Source: Asterias rubens | Lineage: Eukaryota | NCBI RefSeq assembly: GCF_902459465.1 | Contig: NC_047067.1 | Location: 20,770,001-20,834,000, forward strand | Reading direction: 5' to 3' | DNA: 64,000 nt | Position numbers and translations under genes: made by a program | In this document: positions 10,401 through 19,399 of the stretch, piece after piece | Layout of the letters: the number at the start of each line of letters is the position of its first letter | Numbering within the stretch: position 1 is the first letter of the stretch | The notes under the pieces: generated by a model | Seen by the model: only the letters and a program-made list of their open reading frames with translations | Databases searched by the model: none | Told to the model about the DNA's origin: nothing

Positions 10401-12368
10401 AGTGTGTGACTTTGGCACAAGGGTAAACTAGCTTCCCAAAATGGTGAACATGGTAGACAGTAGTCTAGTGTGTGACTTTGGCACAAGGGTAAATTAGCTT
10501 CCCAAAATGGTGAACATGGTAGACAGTAGTCTAGTGTGTGACTTTGGCACAAGGGTAAACTAGCTTCCCAAAATGGTGAACATGGTAGACAGTAGTCTAG
10601 TGTGTGACTTTGGCACAAGGGTAAACTAGCTTCCCAAAATGGTGAACATGGTAGACAGTAGTCTAGTGTGTGACTTTGGCACAAGGGTAAACTAGCTTCC
10701 CAAAATGGTGAACATGGTAGACAGTAGTCTAGTGTGTGACTTTGGCACAAGGGTAAACTAGCTTCCCAAAATGGTGAACATGGTAGACAGTAGTCTAGTG
10801 TGTGACTTTGGCACAAGGGTAAGGGTAAATTAGCTTCCCAAAATGGTGAACATGGTAGACAGTAGTCTAGTGTGTGACTTTGGCACAAGGGTAAGGGTAA
10901 ATTAGCTTCCCAAAATGGTGAACATGGTAGACAGTAGTCTAGTGTGTGACTTTGGCACAAGGGTAAGGGTAAATTAGCTTCCCAAAATGGTGAACATGGT
11001 AGACAGTAGTCTAGTGTGTGACTTTGGCACAAGGGTAAGGGTAAATTAGCTTCCCAAAATGGTGAACATGGTAGACAGTAGTCTAGTGTGTGACTTTGGC
11101 ACAAGGGTAAATTAGCTTCCCAAAATGGTGAACATGGTAGACAGTAGTCTAGTGTGTGACTTTGGCACAAGGGTAAGGGTAAATTAGCTTCCCAAAATGG
11201 TGAACATGGTAGACAGTAGTCTAGTGTGTGACTTTGGCACAAGGGTAAGGGTAAATTAGCTTCCCAAAATGGTGAACATGGTAGACAGTAGTCTAGTGTG
11301 TGACTTTGGCACAAGGGTAAATTAGCTTCCCAAAATGGTGAACATGGTAGACAGTAGTCTAGTGTGTGACTTTGGCACAAGGGTAAGGGTAAATTAGCTT
11401 CCCAAAATGGTGAACATGGTAGACAGTAGTCTAGTGTGTGACTTTGGCACAAGGGTAAATTAGCTTCCCAAAATGGTGAACATGGTAGACAGTAGTCTAG
11501 TGTGTGACTTTGGCACAAGGGTAAGGGTAAATTAGCTTCCCAAAATGGTGAACATGGTAGACAGTAGTCTAGTGTGTGACTTTGGCACAAGGGTAAATTA
11601 GCTTCCCAAAATGGTGAACATGGTAGACAGTAGTCTAGTGTGTGACTTTGGCACAAGGGTAAATTAGCTTCCCAAAATGGTGAACATGGTAGACAGTAGT
11701 CTAGTGTGTGACTTTGGCACAAGGGTAAATTAGCTTCCCAAAATGGTGAACATGCTAGCAAAAGCCTTGTGTGACATTGATGCAAGGGTCAATCAACTTT
11801 ATTTCTGTTTTCCAATAGGCCGGTGTAGTGCGAGTAAGATGGGACCCGGCCGGATCACCAACGATCTTCACAGCAGCCTTGGATGGTAGAGTCTTATTAT
11901 GGGATGCACGATCTGGAGAAGCTGAGGCTTCTTGGTCTGGACACAAAGGAGAAATCTTAGATATGACAATAAGCAAGTACGTCAACAACTCAGCATTTCA
12001 AGATCATGTTTTGTTGATATATTCAATTTGTTTTTCTTTGCGATTGTGATTTATTTACTACTTGTGTAATTTGACCTGTTTGTATTAAGAACCCAATCAA
12101 GAGGGTTTTGTTATGGGTACACAGTCTGTTGTCTTTGTGTGAGCTGCTGGTCTAAAAGTTCCATTCATTTGTTGTTTTGTTTTTCTCTGAAAACCAATTT
12201 TTGGTGAATGAATACTTTATCTTGTATTATTTCTTTTGTCTTTTTAGAAAAACAAACTGTTCTTTAATTGTTGGTTTTATTTTTATTTTCAGCGATGGGA
12301 ACACAATCCTGACAGCGTCTGGCGATACTTCATCAAGAGTCTACTCACTCCAACGTCCAGAGAGGTAG
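4473..12368 (+). CDS. AAMP: Angio-associated migratory cell protein (WD40 repeat), 412 aa; join(4473-4566,4941-5072,5439-5558,5973-6112,6496-6640,7127-7210,8013-8128,8433-8515,8691-8781,11819-11976,12293-12368)
   Basis: Acidic N-terminus, then SVFCCDLEP...[62 protein letters not shown] and C-terminal [11 protein letters not shown], matching AAMP. 1239 nt, all introns GT-AG, phase continuous. Confidence 0.95.
6738..6785 (+). mobile_element. tRNA-derived SINE 5' fragment
   Basis: GTGGTCTAGTTGGTAAGAC...ACACTGCTCTAGAATTGCAAAAGG is an A-box-like head. The related reverse-strand end TGCAAAGGTCGTGGGTTTGAACC occurs at ~50815. Confidence 0.45.
7211..7930. repeat. Intronic minisatellite, ~111-bp unit, ~6 copies (AAMP intron 6)
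   Basis: Repeated CAGTACACAGTCAACCCC...TGACCATTCAATATCATCCACTGTG...GATAGATGCACTATACCAGCCTGCAA. The 5' copies are more diverged; the array is interrupted at ~7545-7605 by an (AAT)n-bearing retroposon end. Confidence 0.9.
9117..9246. repeat. 45-bp tandem repeat x3 (AAMP intron 9)
   Basis: ATTCCCTGCCTCCTTAAGCGTTGATTCTTTGCTTACGGTAAGCAG at 9117, 9162 and 9207. Confidence 0.9.
9367..11755. repeat. Homogeneous 66/72-bp satellite array, ~35 copies (AAMP intron 9)
   Basis: Unit GCTTCCCAAAATGGTGAACATGGTAGACAGTAGTCTAGTGTGTGACTTTGGCACAAGGGTAAATTA, with a +6 bp (AGGGTA) variant and an AAACTA variant. Confidence 0.97.
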
Positions 12369-12616
12369 AACGCATCCAGTAAAAGCGTGTATCGTTTATT
12401 ACATAATACTGTACTACATTTTAGACAAGGAGTTACGACATCCAGGAGGTAGAACACATCCAGTTAAAGCCTAATGACATGTTAATGTGTCCTACTTGAT
12501 GGCAGGTTTCTGAAATGGAACTATATTTCCCTCTGATGAAATTTAGCTTTTCATGAAACTAGGTAGCAGCAGACTTAACCGGCATGTCCACTGACACATA
12601 CCATTCAAAATTCCTT

Positions 12617-12750
12617 CAAGAGCACCGGACTCGAGCTCTGGTGTTTCTTATCAGCAGAGTGTGGGTTCAAGAAAATACTGAATGTTGAAGCGTCCTCCTG
12701 AGCTTTACTGAGTGACGGGTGTAAGTGCTTATATAAAAAGCTACTTTTAT
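12617..12750 (+). mobile_element. Degenerate tRNA-derived SINE in the AAMP 3' region
   Basis: AAGAGCACCGGACTCGAGCTCTGGTG...GTGTGGGTTCAAG (B-box-like), followed by a tail GTGCTTATATAAAAAGCTACTTTTATCATT. Confidence 0.45.
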
Positions 12751-13838
12751 CATTCTTATCAGGTACTGATAAAATAAGGGGAAAATTAAAATTTCATTTA
12801 ATGTAATTTTCAATCAAACTGAACTGATTGCTGTTGTTTCCTTCAAATAGACTGCCAGTCAAAATGACGTGTTCCTTTTTATAATACAGATATTTTGTCA
12901 AACACTCTATGATATTTTATTGGAGTAGATTGCGCAAGTCGTTTTGTCAAAGGATTTAGTTCTGTCTTGTGGCGAGAAGATTAAAACACAATGAACAACA
13001 GACCTTGAGCTAAGACTATCAAGGTATGCATCAATTTGATTATGTTTTGCTGTCCCCACTTTTTTTAAATTGTAAAATATCCCCTTGATCTATTTCTAAG
13101 CTTATTTTGTGTTGACACAACTTAACCTGCCTACTAAAGGTGGGCCAAGGCATTGTAATGAATGGATTTTATTGAACTGTGTGGAAATAAGGACAAATTT
13201 ATTGGTTCATTGTTTCCTTGTGGTGACTTCATCAGGAGTCAAATTAAATTCATTCAAAGTGTATTTTTTGAAAAATCTATACATTGTATTCCATAAGCTA
13301 TTTTTGTCAATCTATAAGTCAGAATGACATGTCTTTATAAAACTAAACGATTGGGGAAACAAGGTGGCAGTCGACAACCGTTTAAAACTTCCCATTTTAT
13401 TTGTTAAAATTCACTTTAATTCATTGTATTATAAACGTCATGTGAACAATATTAAAGGTGCTCTCTCATGTGCATTGATAAGATATACATTATATTAAGT
13501 TTTGCAATTATGACAGTCACTAATTTTACAATTGAACCAAAATAGCATGGTATTAATTTGATGACTTCAAAAGAGTTTGAAAAGAACTTTTCCCAACCAT
13601 TTGCTTTTTCTTTCACTTAAGATCTTGTCCTTCAACGATTCAGTTACTTAAATAATATAAAATGACACTTGGTTTTGTACATAATGCGCCTTTTTTGTTC
13701 TGTGTGAATCCATTTTAGCATGCAAATCATGTTCAAACTTAATTAATGAGTTAATGAACCTAGTGTTCACGCATACATCGCATTGTTCATAGAACTCGGG
13801 TCTAGTTGCTAGGAAGGGATTACTTGTTGATGGATTTA

Positions 13839-14726
13839 TCAAATAATGAATCCGCTGAAGACTGTGTACTTGTACGTCTTTCCACTCTGAACAGACCCGA
13901 ACATAGTCAAGAATACTGTATCTCCCGATTCTAGCTCCACCACTGCACTGCCAGACAGCTGGTCGTAGTTCCCCGGGGACACCGTGTGGACAGACACGAC
14001 TTCCTCGCCATTTTTGTTGAGATGGAGACGTACATATTCTACATCATCTGACTTCAAAGCAGAAAACATGAAGACATAGAAGCCAGTCCTTGGGGCTGTG
14101 AATGTACCCGTGTTGAGATCAAGAATGGTGGTGTCCGGTGAAGCTGTCACAAACTCTGAGAATGGGAGCCGAGTGGTGTCCAATGATGAAGAGAATGCAG
14201 ACGTTCTTCGCACTGTAAACTGTATTGGGCGACGTGACTGTCCTGCCTGACCCTGTCTACCCTTTTCACCAGATACACCCACGTCTCCCTTTAGGCCTCG
14301 TAACCCAGGTACACCATCGAGCCCAGGGAGTGCCCTCCCTTTGAGCCCTCTTGGCCCTTGATTGCCTGTTACTCCACGTGGTCCGTCAGGTCCAGGGTTT
14401 CCCTTTTGACCTGTTACTCCTTGGGTTCCCGTGCCCGTATCTCCTTTAAGTCCCCTCGGACCAGGTTTTCCAATTGCTCCGTCGTCTCCAGTTTCACCCT
14501 TTGTTCCGGGAATACCTGGCTCTCCTTTGGTTCCAGACAGCCCGTGTGGTCCCTGTGGTCCTGCACCTCCGGGTACTCCAGGTACTCCGGGCACTGCTGC
14601 GGCACCTTGGCAGCACACTTTGCAAGTTGAAACTTCTTGGACTGGTTCAATGGGTGCCTGAGTAGCTTGAAGCTTTGTGAATTGAGCAACAGTAAGGATC
14701 AGTAAGATTACTACGCAAGACTGCAT
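13839..14726 (-). CDS. Secreted collagen-domain plus C1q globular-domain protein (C1QTNF/CTRP-like), 295 aa, single coding exon
   Basis: Signal peptide MQSCVVILLILTVAQFTKLQA, CKVCC motif, 37 Gly-X-Y triplets with two interruptions, and a gC1q domain (FTAPRTGFYVFMFS...SGSAVVELESGDTVFL...VFSGFII*). The ATG directly follows a polypyrimidine-AG acceptor. Confidence 0.93.
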   Translation of the reverse strand: MQSCVVILLILTVAQFTKLQATQAPIEPVQEVSTCKVCCQGAAAVPGVPGVPGGAGPQGPHGLSGTKGEPGIPGTKGETGDDGAIGKPGPRGLKGDTGTGTQGVTGQKGNPGPDGPRGVTGNQGPRGLKGRALPGLDGVPGLRGLKGDVGVSGEKGRQGQAGQSRRPIQFTVRRTSAFSSSLDTTRLPFSEFVTASPDTTILDLNTGTFTAPRTGFYVFMFSALKSDDVEYVRLHLNKNGEEVVSVHTVSPGNYDQLSGSAVVELESGDTVFLTMFGSVQSGKTYKYTVFSGFII

Positions 14727-15026
14727 CTGGAAAGAAAAATAATCGTCTTTTTAAAATGTATGTATTGACTTCGTATTGCTCATCCAGAACAGTTTGCATC
14801 AAAGTGAATGCATCTCAAGTTATTACTTTTTCCACAGTTTCAAATTATCATCCATGCATTTGAATGAGAACAACAGATGGAAAGGGGATGGCGAATCAAA
14901 GTGAAAATCACTGCCCAGTGTTAATTAGTACCTTGTTGCACCCTTTGATGACATTTTGTTCATAATATATTCAAAAAAGATAGTAAATATATTCCCGGCT
15001 TCCTTTTAAAATCTCATGTAACTTAC

Positions 15027-15140
15027 CTTGGATAACTTGTCAAAATTATTCGTCAAAATGTCAATGTAGGATGTAATTTGATGTAGAGATACAGAAACTT
15101 AGCTAGCAGACGATCTGAGCTCGTGTATGAAGCCCGTCCT
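15027..15140 (-). other. Probable non-coding 5' exon of the C1q-domain gene
   Basis: Minus-strand donor CAAG|GTAAGT at 15027/15026, no ATG in the exon; pairs with the acceptor just upstream of the ATG at 14726. The 5' boundary is approximate. Confidence 0.5.
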
Positions 15141-16252
15141 TGTGTGCCGCTTTTCAATCAAAAAAAAGGGTTTTCATTTTTCCACTCGAACAAAATACTG
15201 CAGTTTTGACTCGAGCCCTTCATACTAAATTGATTGACAGCCTACTATAATCATTATGAGTAATCAAAGATCATTGTTTGCTTTGAGGTCCCCCTTCCTC
15301 TAGGAAACTCCTCCGAGAGATGAAATTGTCAAACTGACCTAGAGTCCTTCTATGACTAACCCAAACCCACAGTCCAAGTTCATTTAAGACAGGCAGGAAG
15401 ATTACATTCATGGTGTTGCAACCCCCCCCACCCCCACTTGAAGTATTTTAAATCTTTGTCCCAAACAGTCTGATCCTTTGTACCATGTGTCTTTATAATT
15501 GATTGCTTAAGAATAATTAATAGGTGATATTTTAATTAAAGTACAACGAAAGGTTTGATGGACATCCTCCCTCCCATCACAGGTTCTCCTGTTTTGTTGC
15601 ACCTACCCCCCCCCCCATCAGTTCCTAACCCCGCCCCCTTAATCTCCACATTGTGCATTACCAAACATCAACAACGGAGGGCGCTACATAACTTCACCGT
15701 TAGATCGGCAAAATTAAAGACATGACCGCTGGTTGTCATGTCCAGGCGCTCTATTTTAGTTCCATTTCCAGTTTCATTTCAACAGGACACATGAAACTGG
15801 CCATTTAACTTAAATATGTGTATACATACAGAGTAAGATACATGTTACGAATATCGATGGGACGTGAAAGCAGCTGACTAGCATCAAGCTTCGAGCTTCA
15901 AATTCTCCCTTCACCGTCCACCTAATCCAATGTTATGGAGAAAACTCCATAGGCCCAGCAGTACAGAACGGACAGTACATAAAGAGTGTACTGTAGGGCA
16001 TAGCAGCTGACTGCATGCTGCATGCTGATCACACACAAGAAGTGACAGTTAGTTGCATACTATGTATGAACAGTGTATGTTCGCAAAACTGAAGACCACT
16101 GACTGAGACCATAATAGAGCAAGGAACAGCCAGACAAAACTTTCGTTGGCATTTTGAACCCAAATTCAAATAAGTGAAGTGGGGTTTCGGATTGTAAACA
16201 AGTCAAGGTGACATTTTCTGACACTGTTTTTGTAAAGAAGAAGTTGGAGAGG

Positions 16253-18453
16253 ATGGCAAATGAACCTAAAACCACAAATATCAAAGAAGTGCGACCAGGA
16301 ATGAAAAACCTGAACATGGCTTTTATCGTCCTTGAATTAGGTACAGTATAATATTTTATCACAAGTGACATCGTTCAGTTTGTGTTCTAAACTTCTATTT
16401 ATGAAGTTGGTCTCTCTGTGAACAAATTTTAGCCCTGAAGTACTGTTCGGAGAACTTTCCGTATGGCGCCACCACTTTTTCACATACGGAAACTTTTCCT
16501 ACTGTTCTGTAGTGGAGTGTAGAGTGTAGTGTGTTTTATTTGCTAAGTCACTCGGACCATAGGTAAAGTGTATTTTTGTGATTTTCCTCATTTGTTGTTG
16601 TTTTTAGTGTAACTTTTCTACAACAAGCATTCATTCATATTAGTTGCGATAATGTAACCCTCCTGTCGACGCCCGACGGCAACTAATTTTTATTATTGCT
16701 GCTTTCTTTGTGTGTAACTTTTGAAAGTAGGTAGGGAAATATCCCTTCACAATTTCACTTTCAGAAAGATTTATTTATTTTGTTGAATTATTATAAGTGG
16801 CATATGAACCTTTCACCAGTGGTTTAAAACTCACTCGTCAGTGGTTTACAACAGTTAAGTTGAGTTAATGTTTTAATCTCTTGTTACTTGAATCTGTAGG
16901 TGCTTCTTCCAAAACAAAAGATGGTCATGAGGTTCGTTCTTGTAAAGTAGCAGATAAAAGTGCCTGCATTAATATGTCAGTGTGGGATGAACTAGGCAGA
17001 ATTATTCAACCTGGAGACATGCTGAAATTAACAAAAGGGTAAACAAAATATTCATTAATTTTAGAAGTCTGTTTCAATAAACTCTCAGCTCTTTTGTTGT
17101 CCAGGTTTTTTTTCTTCCTTTTTGTTCACTAAATCTGGCTAAAATCTTGAAAAGAAATTATTTTCAAAAATGTTGTTCATATACACAGGTATGCATCTCT
17201 ATGGCGTGGCTGTTTAACATTGTACAGTGGAATGGGAGGAAAGTTGCACAAAATAGGAGAGTAAGTAGATTTCCATGCAAAATGTCTTTTTAAATAAGCT
17301 TTTATTCAGAGAAGACGATGGCTTGAGAGAAAAGAAATATTTTGAGATTGAAACCGGGCTGTCTACTTCTAATTCTAGCTTATATTTTGGGGTGAACTTT
17401 CAAAAAATTCATTAAAGTATTTTTTATTCAAACAAAAGTTTATGATAACAATCTCCGATGGGGGTAAAAGATTGGAATGAAAAGATGTGAAACCATCTTT
17501 TCAGGTTTTGTAGCAGCAGGCCAGGGTTTGAAGCCAGAATGCAGGTGAAGGCAAGAAAAGTAAGACTGGTCCCATGTACAGTGTTTTAACTTTGAACATC
17601 TCTTTAATATTTTCTTGAACAGGTTTTGCATGGTGTTTTCTGAAACTCCAAACATGAGTGAACCAAATGCTGAATTTATCGCCCAACAAAAAGTCGTAAG
17701 TAGTTCTTTCTGGCACATTTGTTTCATACTTGAGTCTTTTTTATGGCTACGGCTATTTCCACATCATCATGCGTTGAAGTATAGTGTTTCCTTAGCAACA
17801 TTCCTAGCCATAGCTGTAGCTGCCAATTTCAAAGACCATGAGAAAATAATATGTTCCCTCCTTGTAAAATAGAGAATCAGTATTCACTATTTAATGTGAA
17901 CACTTAATGTGAATACATGGAACATGACATTGATGTTGACAAAGTGATGAAGATTTGTTGTTATTTCTTTTGTTTTCACCAGAGTCTTCAAGAAGGGCGA
18001 AGTAATTCCCCAACTGGGCCGGGGTCAAGTGATGGAAGACCGCCCAATAATGGAGGTACGATTGCAAATTATTAACCACAAATTGCTTTATTAATTTCAT
18101 TGACTTTTAGCATTGTTTTTATCTGCATATAGATGTAAGAATATAATTAATTTTGGTTTACGTTAGCACTGTACACTCAGTACTTTCCTGAGTCCTGTTA
18201 GAATTTTTATGATTGTGATGATTTATATTTCCTTATTTTCTTTGCACTAAAATGTACAGGTCCGAGAATGGGAGCCAATGGTAACCAGAACTCCAAAGGT
18301 GCTTTTGAACAACAACCTGCTCGACCCCCTACCCCTCCCTTCTTACAACCTCACCCAAATCGAAGTGGTATGGGCCAAGGAGGCACCAAGAATGGCATGG
18401 GCCCGGGCTTTTCCACTGATCCTAGAGGGGGGAGAGGAAGGAGAGGAAGATAG
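16253..18453 (+). CDS. NABP: SOSS complex subunit B / nucleic-acid-binding protein (hSSB1/2 orthologue), 212 aa; join(16253-16340,16900-17038,17189-17260,17623-17695,17983-18055,18260-18453)
   Basis: [21 protein letters not shown]...[29 protein letters not shown]...[15 protein letters not shown]...CLTLYSG...[19 protein letters not shown] is the OB-fold of NABP1/2; G/P-rich tail ending in RGG/RG repeats. 639 nt, phase continuous. Confidence 0.95.
16449..16499. mobile_element. 51-bp internally deleted Merlin-like MITE in NABP intron 1
   Basis: GGAGAACTTTCCGTATGGCGCCACCACTTTTTCA-CATACGGAAACTTTTCC flanked by the 8-bp duplication TACTGTTC (16441-16448 and 16500-16507). Same termini as 39511 and 39725. 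Confidence 0.85.
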
Positions 18454-19399
18454 CACCAATATTTAACATTTATGTTTCCTTTGTTTGTATGGATTAGTTT
18501 GTTGATCATGTTGTTATTAACTAGTTCCCTTCTAAGTGGATCCATATAATTAGATTATGCGTTGGATAGGGTCTTGGATTGGGAAGGGAAGGGGCAGGGT
18601 CTCAGATATGGGGTAATGGAGGGGGGGGTATTCTTAGAAAAACACATGCTTCATTGAACTTGTTAGTGGATGAAGATGTGTCATGTATTTTTACCATCTT
18701 GGTATTTTCCCTGCCTTCAAAGGGAAAAACTAACTAAATGTTAACTAAATGAGATTCATCACAATTAAAATGGCAACTAATGGATAGAATATTTTGGTCT
18801 ACACAGGTGTTTGCTTGGTTTGCTAACAATTGTATGTCTCCAATTGACTTCTATAGGTTTGGATAAAAATCTCCAAATATATTTAAGACTTATCCAAAGA
18901 GATGCCAGAAAGCTTAATAAATGTTATGTGTACTACACACAAATTAAAGAATTGTTATTGGTGAATGACGGGAAATTACGTGTTGGAATTGATGATTGGA
19001 ACGTCACTTGGTTTCATCCAATGTCACAAATTCTCTGGAGTTCAATCATTATATGTTTCTAAACAAAGAATATTAGTTATTTGTGAAGAGATTATGAATA
19101 AATATGATTTCTTTGTAATGAACCACTCGAATTAGTGTATTGAATTCATTGTAGGGGCTGTTCTATTACCAGGGGATGGTTATTGTGAAAGTTGATACCA
19201 TAAAACAGTCGTCGGTAATACGTGCTTAAATTCTAATCTAGTTTCCTTTCCGGCTGTTGATTATTTGATACCAACTTGAGGGTAATTGAGCACCACCCTA
19301 TTGCATTGTAGACCATGTGCGCGCCCCCATGCGTTTCAATAGTGCCAGCTTCAATTGACTCATCGTGGCGAAGTTCTGTTCTTCCCGAAACTCGACAAA

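Noticed and set aside
9367-11755. CRISPR-like array
   Set aside because: Units are contiguous with no unique spacers, the context is eukaryotic, and there are no cas genes.
9352-11785. 334-aa and 463-aa minus-strand ORFs
   Set aside because: Products of a 66/72-bp satellite lacking stops in one frame; non-ATG starts, antisense inside an AAMP intron, no unique flanking coding sequence.
14358-14689. Overlapping ORFs in other frames and on the opposite strand of the collagen region
   Set aside because: Shadow ORFs of Gly-X-Y codon periodicity.
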